Under the pieces are notes generated by a model that ran no database searches, was not told where the DNA came from, and saw only the letters and a list, made by a program, of their open reading frames with translations. Source: Dudresnaya verticillata (taxonomy: Eukaryota). Taken from it: a stretch of DNA of 64,000 nucleotides. Shown piece by piece: positions 1-12,298 of the stretch. The position numbers were made by a program, and so were the translations under genes. Every line of letters begins with the position of its first letter. Position 1 is the stretch's first letter. Where the stretch lies: the NCBI GenBank assembly GCA_977862235.1, contig OZ374562.1, positions 2,294,001-2,358,000 of the forward strand, read 5' to 3'.

Positions 1-900
1 GAGCAGTACGCGTGCACGAACGCCCAGCTCCTTCATGAAATGTTCAGCTACACCGTTGCTCTCTGGCGCATACGGTGGGCTAGGCCCCAGACGAATTCCG
101 TTAGCAAGAGCGAAGTCCTTAACGGCATTGGACATATTTTCTCCTGCAGCATCCATCCGAATATTGATGAGCTTATAATGCGTCACATTCTCTGGTCTCT
201 CTTTGTAGTACTTGAGTGACAAGAAGAGTCCATCCTTGGTCTTGAGAAAATGAGTGTCTGACTTAGCGGTGACGTCGTCAACGAAACCCACAGCGTATTG
301 GCGCCCTCCAATAGACGGGGTATTAATCCTTCCAGTAATGTCAATATGGACGAGCTCGAGTGGATTGACTTTAATGCGTGTACTTGATCGAAGAGTTCCG
401 CGCTGTGCCTTGTAAAGTTGGCATGGAACACAAAGCATGCCCAGCAGGTCACTTCGCGGAAACGTAGGAACGTCATTGAAAATGTTTGCCAACTGCAAAT
501 ATCGCTAAGGATGAGGGTGTCCTGTGCGACTGTACCACTCCAGAGCGAGGTTTCTTTGCGACTTCCTTGCAGCAATAGCCCTTGGGCACTGAAAACAGAC
601 TAACTCCTCGTCAACTTCATTCTGGTCCAGGAGGGACATCTTGACCTGACCGGAGCTGCTGCGCTTTTTGATGCGATAAAGCCCGTACTCGTTTATCTGA
701 ACTGCCTTGCTCAGCTCCTTTGTCTCTCGGTCATATAAGACGCAGGTGCTTATGTTGTTGACAGCCGGCGGGTCCACTGTAAAAAGAATGCTGAAGTGAG
801 CCGTAAGCAGACCTACCGACAGAATGTTGGTCTGGAAGTTCGGTGCGTGATATGTGTCCAAGTAGAGACCTCCAGCTAGTTCGATGTAGACTTGGCCTTT
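1..900 (-). pseudogene. Copia protease C-terminus / GAG-pre-integrase / integrase fragment
   Basis: ORF 505-987 continues in frame past a TAG at 505-507 into CVPC and integrase DDE motifs, up to the window edge. Confidence 0.88.
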
Positions 901-1804
901 TGTGGTGCAAGGGGGGTGAGCCCCTTTTCGCTGAAAGGAGCAAAAAATACGTCGACCGACGGAGAAACCGCCACCGGCGCTCACCACCGCCGTTGGCGTA
1001 CGAACACGTCATCGACGGCTCACTGGGGCGCACGCACACGTTGCGCGCCGCGCGCCATACGGGCACTGTACGGTGATGGGCCGATATGGCGCCCCGGGGC
1101 ACTGTGACACGGATCTAGATGGGATCTGGATCCGGTATCCAGATTGACTATATGGATCACCTGCGCTGTAATGTAGGCGCCTGTAAGGCTGCGAGTGTTC
1201 GCATTGCTGGCCCGGATCCGGACGGGGATCGGGATCGGACAGGTATTGGATTAGATCAAGGGCGCGCGCTCTACAGTACGCGCGCGCACAGCTGTAAGGC
1301 GCACGCGTCCACGTGTGTGTGTAAGCGCCCACGCAGGGGATTGCGCGGCAACCTGTCAGGCGCGCGGCTGCACATGATGGGTGCTCTGTCAGATGCGCCT
1401 CGGGACGACACATGTCCCGGGTTCCCGCGCTACGCACCCGCACCGCCGCCGCCGCACCGTCGTGCTATACTTAGGTAAGCCGTCCCAGACGTAGCAGTAA
1501 ACGCCCGGACAAGCCGGCCTTGGTCCAGACTTCCCCGTTCCGCACGCGCGTACCCTCCGCTACCGCTGACTACGGCTTAAGAGTCTACCTCCCGTGCTTC
1601 CACGATCAACCACCGTCGTTGACGTGTTTCCTTTTTGTTCTCTTTTGTTCTTCCTTTCCGCCTCGGGCGTTTACAGTCCGCCCAAGGCGTGTCAACCGCT
1701 CTACCACAAGCCGCCCTAGGTGAGGTTACACACCGCCACGGGCGTCGTTACCCAGCGAGCCCTGAACTGCTCGGCGGTGTTTCGTCCAGGACGTTTGCAC
1801 CACA
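901..1804. mobile_element. Solo LTR (904 bp)
   Basis: Termini TGTGGTGCAA...TTGCACCACA; 5-bp TSD CCTTT (896-900 and 1805-1809); homologous to 19431-20331. Confidence 0.95.
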
Positions 1805-2727
1805 CCTTTTCCGACTAGAATAGACTTCTCAGAAGCGGCCTGAACATCAAGAACCTAAATATTCTCATAGTTGACGAATAACGACTTGTCATGGCAAAAG
1901 TGGTGGGAGCCGCCGGAGTGAATAAGCCAGTCCTTCGATTTGACCGCACTAAACTTGGCGACCGTGCTTTGAAACTTAATTGCAGCGATGAATCCATAAG
2001 AATGGCCGTTACCCCTTGATCCAGCGCCCCCACTGTAGTTGCCCTGGTAGTTCGGAGGCTGTTGGTCAGGTACTTGGGCTTGATTGGCAAAGGGACCGCC
2101 ACTTCCATCCGGGCTCGGAGCTCCTGACTGCTGCGACGGTCTTTGATGCTGTTGATGGTAGGGCTGCTGGCCAGACGGTCCACCCGGTGAGCCCCAAGAT
2201 TGGCCATGCGGCAAGTATCCTCCACGGCCACCACAGCCGCTTCAAAAACTTCCACGCCAACGCTCACGACCGCCACGACCGCGACCGCAGGTTGGCATCT
2301 GGCCATTATTGCCGTTCTTGTCGTGCCGGTAGAAGCAGTCCTTAGCCCTATGATTCAGGCGACCACAAACCCAACATGGGCCGAAGAACTTGTTGCTGCC
2401 GTTTCCCTTCGAAATTCGTCTGCCACGAACACTTTGACCGGAGCTTTTGTTGCCTCCTCCAGCGGAGTTGGCTTTCGGAACTTGAACGGTGGGCTTGTCT
2501 GAGGACCTGGACTTGTGGCGCGAGTTCTGAGTTTCGATGGCATTGACAAGCTCTTCAAATTTCATCTTGGCTGAAACCATAGCGAGTCGAGCAAACTGCT
2601 CTGGAAGGGTTCGGATGAGCTTCGAAGACTTCTCCTCCTGCGGGACAGCCTTATCAAGGGAGGCCAACTTGCCTAGTAGTTCGTGCAATTTGTTCACGTG
2701 ATCCTCCCAGTTTCCACCATCCTTGAA

Positions 2728-3326
2728 TGTGGCACAACGGCGATTTGCGCCAAGTGGGCGTTCGACGCTGTAAGTCGTAACGGGCCAATGCCCTGTAAGA
2801 CGCTGTCATTGCTGGACTGCGCCATGATGCGACACGTGATTGGCGCCTGGCGCGAAATCATCTGCGCCTCAGACGCGCAATTGGCGCCTGATCATTGGTG
2901 CGGCGCTGGGATATTTCCCGATTATACGCCGCCACAGGGGCGTAGATCCGCCTCCCATTGCTCAATGTAATTCGTGTACAGTACACTGTAGTAGTTAGTA
3001 TTAGCACGGACACAAGCCCTATTTATTGGTCCCCTGAGTAGCAGGGCACCCCTGATTGAACCCTACGGGGATTTTCTCGGTCTTGACCATTTTCTGGATT
3101 CCGGGCGCTTCCCGTTCCCTTTCTGGACGCCAACTACAGGCTCGTCACCGTACGGCAGGTTCCCCGCGGAATACCGGGTCGCGTCCCCCTTTTCCTTTTC
3201 CCTTTTCCTGGCCTAGTGCCATTCTACCAAGCCTCTACCACACCCGAGCTACCTGTGAGCACGACGGTTCCGGACAGGTGTCCTTTGTTCTTTTTGCTCT
3301 TCCTGGGCTGGACCCGTTGTGCTACA
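2728..3326. mobile_element. Solo LTR (599 bp)
   Basis: Termini TGTGGCACAACGG...CCGTTGTGCTACA (13-bp inverted repeat, 1 mismatch); TSD TTGAA (2723-2727 and 3327-3331). Confidence 0.92.
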
Positions 3327-3548
3327 TTGAACTCCAGCGATTCCAACTCTTGAAGAATGTTGATGCCTGTTTGCTCGTTAGATGTTGTATACAAACGTAC
3401 CAGTGCATCCCAGATGTCCTTAGCAGTGCTACCATCCGAGTCGATGATCGAAGAGGTCTGTGCCTTGGGCCCGATGCCAATAGGGGACACTATGCCATAC
3501 TTGGCCTTGAAAGTGGCCTTTCGCCAGCGGGTAAGGTTTCCAGCGGAT

Positions 3549-5183
3549 TGTAGCAGTATGGCACCGGCCAGAAACAGCAAAGAACAAGAAAAGACAGCTG
3601 TCCGATGTCACACGCTAATGTGTGGTAGCTCGAAGGAGGCTTGCTAGAGGCTTGGAAGAAGGCGGGCCCTGATGACCCGAAAGGGGGGGTGCGAAAGCAC
3701 GGTAAAGACTCGGCGCGACCGACTGAAGGAAGATATAGAGGTTGCGACCCGGTATTTCGTAGAGTACTTGTCGTACGATGTCCGGGCCTGTACCGGGCGA
3801 CCCCTGCAGGCACGGAGCGTCCGGAGGACCAAAAACTGAGGGCTTTCCGAACATCTCCGCTGAGTGTTTATTCTGAGGGCGCCGGCTATTCCGGCGCCCA
3901 TAAGTAGGGCTTGACAGCCGAAAACTCTATCAGCCCGAAAGGGGGTCTAAGTTAGTCTGTGATTATTGTGGTGCAAGACCCCGGGGGAAAACCCCGTTTT
4001 ATATCGCTACACCCGCCCGCGCGGTGAGCGGACGACGGTACGCGCGGATCACCCGCGACTATAACATACGCCGATTACCGACAGCTTGGATGGGCCTGGG
4101 CGCGGATGCCGCGCGTGCGAGATCCGGCCAATGGGGACCGCGCCCTTGGCACGGTGCGCGCGCGCCCGTACAGCACGCGCCAACAGCACACACGGGCGAC
4201 ACGTCTCCACGTGTACACGCGTAACACGCGCGCCGAATATATCCGAGGGAATCCTCCCTCGGGTGCGCCCCAGCAATGCGCACCCTTAGATTACACTGAT
4301 TTACAGTGCGGTAGTAGTATTTCTACGCTAGGTATTTTTTGCGCGATATTTTAGTGAGCTCGCGGTGCGCGCGCATGCCAAGTGTCAAGCGCACGGCGCC
4401 ACACACGCGCGCGCATCTCCCGCGGGGGATACTTAGTATACGGGGTGAACCCCCCTCACAGTAAAGCGCCAAGCAGGCCTAGGAACTCGAGGATACCCCC
4501 ACCTTCACATCTGGTGACGACACCGCGCGCGACTTGGGCTTACGTACCCCGTTCTACTGCCTGGCTTCAACAGCACTCAGCGGCGTAATCGCCTTCATCG
4601 TTCTATGTGCACTACGGTACTCCAACGTGGGCCGGGGGTTTACAGTCGACCCCGCCCACGTTTCCACCACCCGGGGCACACCCCGTGTCCCGAGCTCTAC
4701 CACCCAACCGGCGTCGGCCTCACCGTCGTCGCCTGCTACCAACCCGTGGGAGGACCACTCGGACTCTGGTTCTGGGGTTGCGCCCTTGTTCGGGCGTTGC
4801 ACCACAATTATAGTTACAAAGATTAGTACAGTCAGTACAATGTAAATAGGGGAATGCGTTCCAGTTAGAGGACTTGGTGGCGGGTGCGCCGGTGTCCAGA
4901 CTAGGGTCTCGGCTGCATTGTCGATACCCTGAGCGCAGAGGTGCCCCTCGTTCGTGAGTAGGAGCGCAGCGGCGCGTCATAAATCAGCCAATACAAGGTG
5001 TCCAACTGGCGTCATTACAATGCCACGTGTACAGCTGTAGGGCCACGTGTGCACACGTGTACCTATGTGTCATCCACGTGTACCGCGATAAAGGGACAGC
5101 TGTCCTGATTAAGGGACAGTCTGTCCCGCGAAAAGGAGTGCGCTCCTGTAAGCCCTCCTGCTGACAGCGTCCATACTGCCACA
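3549..5183. mobile_element. Solo LTR (~790 bp net) carrying a nested solo LTR
   Basis: Termini TGTAGCAGTATGG...CCATACTGCCACA; TSD CGGAT (3544-3548 and 5184-5188). Confidence 0.92.
3967..4806. mobile_element. Solo LTR (840 bp) nested inside another solo LTR
   Basis: Termini TGTGGTGCAA...TTGCACCACA; TSD ATTAT (3962-3966 and 4807-4811). Confidence 0.93.
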
Positions 5184-5390
5184 CGGATGTGCCATCCGAT
5201 GGATGCCGATCGAGCCTCAAAAGCTCTATGTCGTCCTTCTGAGTGTAGGCCTTGATGCGGCGACGCCACGGAATAAAATCCTTCGCACCCGTCAGCTTCG
5301 GAAGCTTACTGACCGAGTCGGAGTCGCCCGCCATGTCCGCGTGTTCGGGAATAACGGTGTTGAGTTGTTGTTTTGAGATAACTCGAGCGA

Positions 5391-5398
5391 TGCTACCA
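5391..5398 (-). promoter_or_regulatory. Putative primer-binding site (TGGTAGCA, initiator-tRNA-Met-like) of the Copia element
   Basis: Minus strand reads ...TTACA|TGGTAGCATCG, about 57 nt upstream of the gag ATG. Confidence 0.6.
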
Positions 5399-5649
5399 TG
5401 TAAAAAAGTTGTTCACGATCATGGGTTCTTCCCCCTCGGGTGCCCCCCCAACGCCCCACGACGTCTCCTCTTTATTGGCCCTCGGCGGTCCTCTGCATTC
5501 CAATTATTCAGTAACCCTCGGGGAGATTTCCTCCCGCACCCCCGCGTGCCAGGGTTTACAGTACTTAAGGTCCCTTGGGGCCGAACCGGCCATGCCCCTC
5601 TGCGGGCAACTGAGTGATGACTACGGCCGCACGCAAGAGGACTCTAACA
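5399..5649 (-). repeat. Probable 5' LTR of the Copia element
   Basis: Minus strand TGTTAGAG...TTTTACA adjoining the PBS. The partner LTR is outside the window, so the right boundary is uncertain. Confidence 0.5.
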
Positions 5650-5665
5650 CTTAGCAGATAATACT

Positions 5666-6356
5666 TGTAGTAGTATGGCGCGACGAGCCAGTAGCCCGCT
5701 AAACGGCAAGGACAGCTGTCCCGTGCGCGCACACACCCTAACGAGGGAAGCTCAATGGGGAGTTGGTAGAGACTTTGAGGGAAAAGGGGAAGAAGGCTAG
5801 CGTGCCTGAAAGAAAGGGAAAAGGGGCGGCGCCACCCTAACACTCGTAGAGTACAAAGCCGTACGAGGCTAAAGCTTGTAAAGCACCTAGAAGGGGGAGT
5901 ACGGTGAGCCCGTGTAGACCAAAGAAAGGGGTACAGACCCGAAACCCACCGTAGGGTTCTATTCAGCAGACCCCTGCTAGTCAGGGGCGCAATAAATATG
6001 GCGAAGGCCGAAAGCGCCTTCGCCGCTATTCCTACTCTAAGCCATTGAAGTTAGCGTTAATAATTACAATGAGGTAGTGAGCGGTCGTACTCCGCCCTGC
6101 GCACGTAAGGTGCTTATAACTCGGGCGCGCTCCGGGCGTAAGGCCATGGTAAATCAGCCAATCACGGCTAGCCATCTCATTGGCGCCGTGCTTTTCCCAG
6201 CAATGCCATACAGAGTGGCCAGCAATGCATTGGGCCTTACAGCGCACCAGCACGTGCAGCGCCTTACAGGCGCATGCCACGCGCAATATTACCCGCGCAT
6301 TACAGGCGCAAAACACGTGTACGTGCTTACAGCCGCTGGCGGCTCATTATACCCCA
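5666..6356 (-). repeat. 3' LTR of the outer Gypsy element
   Basis: Direct repeat of 32119-32811; preceded on the minus strand by the polypurine tract AGAGAGGGGG (~6360-6369). Confidence 0.95.
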
Positions 6357-7166
6357 CGGCCCCCTCTCTAAAGCTGAGAGACCCACGAAGCCAGCAAGGC
6401 TGTTTCCATTTGTGGCATTGGCCCGGTTGCGGCCGACGTGCAGTGGGCGTCCCAAATGGCCCGTTGAGGGCAGGTGTAACCGCCACCAAAACGTCTGTCC
6501 CGGCGTCGGGCTTCTCGTCTCGACGGGCATGCAGTATCGCTTTCGCGCGAAAGCCTCGACCGGCTGGTTGAAATTATCGCGTGTCGGCGCGTTTCCATTT
6601 CTCGATTTGCCCGTTTCGGCATAACGAGCAGTGTTTCTGGCTATATCCCGCACTCGGGACGTAGATTTCAAAGCAGAATTGACTATAAGTACGACGACCT
6701 GTGACGAACAGCCAAACCAATCCTCAGGGTAAATGTGTGACCCTCTCAGGTATCCGAACGAGGATTCACGTACACTTAAATTGTGTGCAGGCCGGGGTAG
6801 TCAACGGCGTTACTGACTTTTTCTTTGTTTTCGTTCAGAACTTCGTAACGAGATGTACGGTGATACCGATCAGGTGTCCAACTGAATCCGAGGTTTGCAT
6901 GGAGTAATCGGTCCACAATGTGGCCCACTTGGTCCAATTATATGACCCACTCGGTCCAACAGGTCCACTGGTGGTCCAGTCGGTCCGGACCGCTGTAATG
7001 CAGGCTTACAGTAGCCCCCGGGTACCGGATCTTTATTCAGGGCGCTCCGGGATCCGGATCAGGCTCAACAGCCGAGTCCGACGAGGATGGCTGCGTAAGT
7101 CGCGCTCCTGACCACACCTGGTCTCGATTACCCACAGCGTCGAGGTGTTAGTGCCGAGGGGGCGTT

Positions 7167-7556
7167 ATGTCAGCATGGGCGGCTCCTCCGCTTGGCGGTT
7201 CTTCCGCGACCAAGCCTATCGAGGCGAAAGGGGGAGGTGTTGTACCCCCAGAGGCGGCAGTCGAGCCGATGACGTCTGCTCCGACGACTTCTGAAGTCCT
7301 CGTCAAGACTGAGCTCCTTCTCAAGAAGGAAGACGAGGTTGAACCCATGGAGGGCGAGAGTGAACGCGCCGGTTCGGCCATGGGTATAGAAGGCCAGAAC
7401 GCAGTCGCCTATTCAAGCAGCGAGGGTTTTGGTGGTCGTCGCTGTCGCGGCCCTCGTCGTGGGCGTGGAGCGCGCATTGTGCGCGAAGTGCGCCGCGTCA
7501 TGACGACGCGTGCGCCGTCTGGGCCTAATCCTCCGCTCGAGGAAAATGAGGTCATT
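7167..7556 (+). pseudogene. C-terminal remnant of an extra antisense ORF of the outer Gypsy element
   Basis: Low-complexity acidic/Pro-rich ORF. Removing both Harbinger insertions extends it to ...PPLEENEVIDLLSD-stop. Confidence 0.5.
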
Positions 7557-7756
7557 TGAGACTTTACGCAATCAGAAATCTCGTACATTTCTCGTGAAAA
7601 GGTATTACAAATTGAACACCTATAATAAACATACGAGATTTACTCAGAGCCCACGAGAACTTTCTCGTCAGATCTGTCAAGTACACGAGAAATGTTTCGT
7701 GTGTTTTCGCGCGAGTTCGGCGCCATATCAGCACCGACTGTGTCTGCCCTGCCCAC

Positions 7757-8716
7757 GTGGTCACCCTCAGAACCAAGTCGCCCCAACATGGCGTGCGGTT
7801 CCACTCGTCACCCCGACCAGCCTGCCCCTTCCCCGCCAAGCACCGCTTCCTCGCATGTCGCCCCCATCACCCCATCCGCCCCTCCCCTCCAGCGGCCCCC
7901 TCTCCCGAAGCCGCCCCAACCGAGCAAGCCTCTGCCCCGCAAGCGCTGAAGCGCTTTCGATTCACATCACAGCTCGATCTCATCTTGCTGAAGGCTGTGC
8001 GCACCACGGACGCTCACATAGCCAAGTGGGGTCAGACCGAGGCGCGTTTCAAGGAAGCGTTGCAGCCCTTCCTTCAAGAAGCCCCTGCCGTCTTGTTCTC
8101 CATCCAGCAGAAGCCAACGTTCAAGACGTTGTGCAACCGCTTCAAGCGTCTCGTCGCGCAGCGCCGCGAGACCGTCAAGCGAACTGCAGGGGCGTCGGGA
8201 ATCTCGGAGAGGCATGGAGAGGTGGAGCTGCTCTTGGACGACCTGATTCATGAGCTTGACGAAGAACAGGAGCGAACGCGGCTCGAGAAAGAACAAGAGA
8301 CGGAAGCGGAGCGTCGGTTGGTTGAGGCAGGGGAAAGCGTGCGAAAAGCTGCGTTGGAAAGGACGCCACGGAATCGCGAGGGGTCTGACGGAGAGGAAAG
8401 CGGGCGGAAGAAGAAGAGGGCGCGCATATCGCCCGACGCGGACGATGAGGTTATGCGAAACCTTCTCAGTGAGATGGAAGGTCGGCAAAGAAACGAGAAC
8501 CGTCGACTCGAGTTGGAAGAAGAGCGGATCAAGATTGAGAGCGAGCGCGTAAAGAAGGAGGCAGAGCGATTTGAGCGCATGCAGTCAACAGCAGACCGTC
8601 GGCTTGACTTGGACGAAAAACGCTTCGCTTTGGACAAGGAGGAGCGCAAGGTGGCGGCAGAGGAGAGAATGAGGATGATGGATATTTTGGGGGCGCTCGC
8701 AAAGAAGCTGGCGTAA
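7757..8716 (+). CDS. Harbinger accessory Myb/SANT-like DNA-binding protein with coiled-coil tail (start uncertain)
   Basis: RFRFTSQLDLILLKAV...FKTLCNRFKRL helix pattern, NLS-like GRKKKRAR, E/R-rich coiled coil; lies inside the TIRs opposite the transposase. Confidence 0.8.
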   Translation: MVTLRTKSPQHGVRFHSSPRPACPFPAKHRFLACRPHHPIRPSPPAAPSPEAAPTEQASAPQALKRFRFTSQLDLILLKAVRTTDAHIAKWGQTEARFKEALQPFLQEAPAVLFSIQQKPTFKTLCNRFKRLVAQRRETVKRTAGASGISERHGEVELLLDDLIHELDEEQERTRLEKEQETEAERRLVEAGESVRKAALERTPRNREGSDGEESGRKKKRARISPDADDEVMRNLLSEMEGRQRNENRRLELEEERIKIESERVKKEAERFERMQSTADRRLDLDEKRFALDKEERKVAAEERMRMMDILGALAKKLA

Positions 8717-8887
8717 TCGTTGTTTTGACGTTCTCCGGCTCACCATAGTGAATAAGTTTGCAAGTAAAGCACTCAACCTGCGTGGCTTCTAGCTCGCTAC
8801 GCTCGTCTTTTGCAAGGCGCTTCCCTCCGCTTCGCTCCGGGGGGCGTGCCATGCAAAGACTTTGCCCTCGCTCGCTCCGCTCGTCTA

Positions 8888-10018
8888 TCACGCTACATAC
8901 TCCTCGAAGCTAGGCGCAGGACAGCTGAAGTAGGTCGACACCTGTCTGCCCCTTTCGATGCACGTCTTGAAGTTCAACAGAAGTGCAGAGCCCACATATA
9001 GAAGCGCAATAGGGGCTTGGCGCACTTTCAGCATGCGTGCGTAGTCGTTGCGGGCGAACATTTGCTTCAAGTCCTTATAGTTCCATTCCACTGCCACGTG
9101 AACGGCACTCATCCGCTTGTTGAATAGTGACTGTTGTACTGTCACACCAGGGAACGCCACTTGAATCCACGAACGCAGCATGTACGCTGCATCGCCGTAA
9201 ATATAGTACTGCACCCCGTCGATAAGAAGGCAGCTATCCAGTACTTCTATGAGACCGCTGCGACGTAACAAGGTCATGTCGTGCCTTCTCCCGACCTCAG
9301 GGCCAAACAAAGAGAATATCAATCCATCCGGTGTTGTAATAGTCTGGTAGATAAGGCAGTGCATTCTCTTATGTCCCGAGTAGCATGATCTTTGTACTGT
9401 CCCATGTCCACCAGGACGACTCATCCTTATCTTTGTGCAGTCGATAAATCCAACACATCTATCCAAAGGGGCGCCCATGCCACTTATAGCACTGGCGTAC
9501 GTCGCAGCCCTTGCCTGCAGTAGACCAACCCTTACGTCCGCTACTAAATGTCCCTTGCTCGACACAAAGCTCTCCAGAACCTCCCAAAAAACCTCACTCA
9601 GTGCAGAACTGTGCATCCCAAACTTGGTCTCCATATCATACCATGTAGTAGCAGAGCTGAGCCTCTTCAGTACTACGCAGCAAGCTGTAATAGGATCGCA
9701 GCTGTAGCGATTTCTTTTTGTTGAGCCGGTTGTCCACTGCATTGCTGTGCATACGCGGCCTATGTCTTTCAGGCGAAAGCGGAAGTCATGTAGAGCCTGC
9801 TCATCTGAGTATGAGTTGAGGTTGAACTGCGTGTGCGCTATTGTCGATGCACGAATAGAGAGATTCTGCACGTCTACTCTGGCACGCTTTCTCCGCTGAT
9901 AGGCACGCAAAACAAGCGCTGGGGACGCATCGTTCACAACGCACGCTAGAAGGGCAGCGTTGTAGCGTCTCTTGCGCTGGCGGGCGTTGCCGACGGAGTA
10001 GTCCTCTCGCCGCACCAT
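8888..10018 (-). CDS. Harbinger/PIF DDE transposase (DDE_Tnp_4-like)
   Basis: Motifs GFIDCTKI, YSGHKRMHCLIYQ, GPEVGRRHD, YGDAAY, VAVEWNY. The frame is open from 10150; ATG 10018 (MVRRED) is a plausible start. Confidence 0.93.
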   Translation of the reverse strand: MVRREDYSVGNARQRKRRYNAALLACVVNDASPALVLRAYQRRKRARVDVQNLSIRASTIAHTQFNLNSYSDEQALHDFRFRLKDIGRVCTAMQWTTGSTKRNRYSCDPITACCVVLKRLSSATTWYDMETKFGMHSSALSEVFWEVLESFVSSKGHLVADVRVGLLQARAATYASAISGMGAPLDRCVGFIDCTKIRMSRPGGHGTVQRSCYSGHKRMHCLIYQTITTPDGLIFSLFGPEVGRRHDMTLLRRSGLIEVLDSCLLIDGVQYYIYGDAAYMLRSWIQVAFPGVTVQQSLFNKRMSAVHVAVEWNYKDLKQMFARNDYARMLKVRQAPIALLYVGSALLLNFKTCIERGRQVSTYFSCPAPSFEEYVA

Positions 10019-10451
10019 TTTGCCGCCCTGCACCAGGGGCATCAAGGTCAGTACGCAACCTGGCGGGGTAGTACTTACAAATTGATCCACATTCGATTGC
10101 GTAAACGACACTTTATTTTTCCTACCAAATTTCTTACGGTACTCAGGCACGCATGTGTCGACGAGGATTCCACGAGATTTTTGGCGTAAAGTCTCTATTG
10201 ACCTACTTTCCGATTAGTCGTTTTTAATTAACAGAAAATGACACTAAACGCAGGCATATTTAGTCCATTGCACCAGACATCGTATTAATTAGGAACGCTC
10301 ACATCAGTTAAAATGTATGCTATTTTGCGTTTGCCTCGAAAACGACTGTTTTAGTCGGTGCGACCCAGCCGGAGCACACTATCTTTCTCGACTGTTCAGA
10401 TCCGCCGAGAGGCTTCCCTCCCTTCTGCCTCCTCCGGTATCTCCCGCCATC

Positions 10452-11279
10452 ATGACTTCCGAGTCGCCTTCCTCGGGCATCAAGTCTACATCCGCATCAC
10501 CTCCCCCTACTTCCCCTCCTGCACAGGCAGCCCCTCCGCCCACCCCTAACTCCCTTGAATCGCCCTCTTCTCGCCCTTCGTCTGCAGCTCCGTCAGCAGC
10601 GCAATCAAGCGTCACCACTCCGTCGGCGATACCCTCTTCATCGCGCGAGTCTCGCTTCGTTCCCAACAAAGTCGAGCGCGCTTGGCTTCTCACGCAGCTG
10701 GCCGTCTTAGGCGCTCCTGTACAAAAAGGGAGAACGCTTGAGGCCACGTGCGCATAGGTTGCAACAATGGCTCGCTCGCGTCACGTCAACGATGCATTAA
10801 TTGTTCAAGAGCAGCAATCCTGTGGTATGTCATGGAGGCGGGACTACATGGCTGCGACCAAACCAAACAACATCCTCTACATCGCTTCTATAGCCTTGAA
10901 GCAAGCTAGACAGGTCATCGTTGCAGAGAAGGTGGACGAGGATGGAAGTGCTGGTAAGGACGACGAGATAGAATTTGCGGCGGTTAGGCCTGGTGGTAAG
11001 GAAAGTCCTCCGCTTCGGTCGCCGACGGCTCCCTACGCTGCGGACTTTGCGCTCGCCGCTCCGCGCGCCGCTCGGGCGAACAAGAAACGAGGCATTTACT
11101 TTAATTCGACACCGCAGTCCTTTCTAGTTTCTCTTCGTAGCGCGATAGAGGCTGCAGTGCATACCCGCGAGCGTCAAATACCCAGTTGGCTACCATGCAG
11201 GCGGTCTGTTACGCTAGAGGGAATATCCCGTCCTCAAATGCCCAGCGCCCCAGGAACAATCTATGTCTGTTGTTTATAA
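10452..11279 (+). pseudogene. Accessory ORF of Harbinger element 2 with an in-frame stop at 10755-10757
   Basis: ORFs 10317-10757 and 10767-11279 are in the same frame; S/P-rich N-terminus as in the element 1 accessory ORF; 3' end uncertain. Confidence 0.5.
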
Positions 11280-12298
11280 AGCCAATCCCCCATTCGTTCA
11301 CCATGCGTTGCTTCCTTATATCGCGATTATGTGCCACTCGGTACATCCAGGATGTGCTTTCGTTGCGCTTATACGGCACAACGATATCCCCGTCGCCTGA
11401 AAACCCCATGTCTGCCATGCCGTGCTGTGCACCAGTCAAGTAGCTCTCTCGGTTCTGGTACACATCCGACTCCGTGTAGAGTGTGCGGTCAGACTCCGCA
11501 CCCTCGTCGGTGACCTCAACGCATATGACCAAAGAGATCGCAAAAGACGAGAATAGAGAAACAGTGTGCCTTCTTATATCCATCGTACGCTCGTTCCTGT
11601 GCCGCTGCGTCCTTCGGTCTCCACCTCTTGTTTTTGTTTCCGTCCACGAAGAACACACAGGACGGAAAACCTATCACAAGCTCTTCCATATCCTTTCTCT
11701 CTTCGTGTCCCGGCCATCTAATCAGCGCCGGGGACAGGTCGTCCAAAGCTTTGTGCAGTCCAACGAGCACATGTCGGAAATAGTTCGATATGGAGCCGAC
11801 AGAAAGCCCATACTTCAGAGCGACGTGTTCCAGCCCTTGGCTTCCCTCGTTCGCACCGCCTATAATGTCGAAGAACATGAATAATATTTCTACAGTACCA
11901 AGTTTGCGCTTTCGTGGCGTCCGCAGGACAGCGTCATTCTCGGCGCGCACATTAAATGCCTTCGCCAGTTCTTGTTGGCAGACGCCATGAAGAGCGTCAA
12001 ACGTTTCGCGGGAAAGATGTGTGATCTTCTCAAAGAGGAGTATGCCGGCATCTATCTCGCGCACAAAGTTATAAATTCCGGAAGCTGCTCTTCGGACATA
12101 TGTTGCCTTTCTTCCATCCACACAGTTGCCCCGTCCAGGCCCGACTTGTTCTTCTTCGTCCGACGGCTCGTCTGCTGGTAGGCGATTTGAAAGGGAGGAA
12201 AAGTGGAGGAGAAGGTTACTGGTGTGCTGCAGCTGGGCCTCGCACTGTTGGAACATGGCCAGAGCTGTTAGGATGTCGTCCTCGTCGTCAACGCTCAT
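11102..12298 (-). pseudogene. Harbinger DDE transposase, frameshifted near 11520 with an in-frame stop at 11209-11211
   Basis: FFVDGNKN, YDGYKKAHCFS, MADMGF and RMVNEWGIG motifs are split across ORFs 11516-12298 and 11209-11658. Confidence 0.87.

Larger units (their letters stand above)
1810..5334 (-). pseudogene. Copia gag-protease, split by insertions at 2728-3326 and 3549-5183
   Basis: ORF pieces 4984-5334, 3224-3580, 2242-2697 and 1855-2214 join across the insertions (...DGTS|AGNLTRW..., ...LESLEF|KDGGNWEDHVNKLHE...). Confidence 0.9.
1..5649 (-). mobile_element. Degenerate Ty1/Copia LTR retrotransposon (5' half; continues beyond the left window edge), interrupted by nested solo LTRs
   Basis: Removing the three TSD-flanked insertions restores a continuous minus-strand gag (MAGDSDSVSKLPKL...WRRRIKA; DIWDALVRLY; zinc knuckle CWVCGRLNHRAKDC), protease (WLIHSGGSHHFC), GAG-pre-integrase (WYSRTGHP) and integrase (LVHIDITG...FVDD...RMDAAGE...PESNGVAE). 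This is the Copia domain order. Confidence 0.93.
7557..10196. mobile_element. PIF/Harbinger DNA transposon 1 (2.64 kb)
   Basis: TIR GAGACTTTACGC...AATCTCGT at both ends; 3-bp TSD ATT (7554-7556 and 10197-10199); two convergent ORFs (Myb/SANT-like protein and DDE transposase). Confidence 0.92.

Noticed and set aside
731..1823. ORFs inside solo LTRs (also 19432-20444 and 58627-59091)
   Set aside because: GC-rich chance frames; the long ones are not preserved between homologous LTR copies and none carries a recognisable motif.
6690..7120. GGTCCA-rich cluster as a further nested LTR
   Set aside because: Resembles LTR-internal repeats, but I found no matching TG...CA termini with a TSD.
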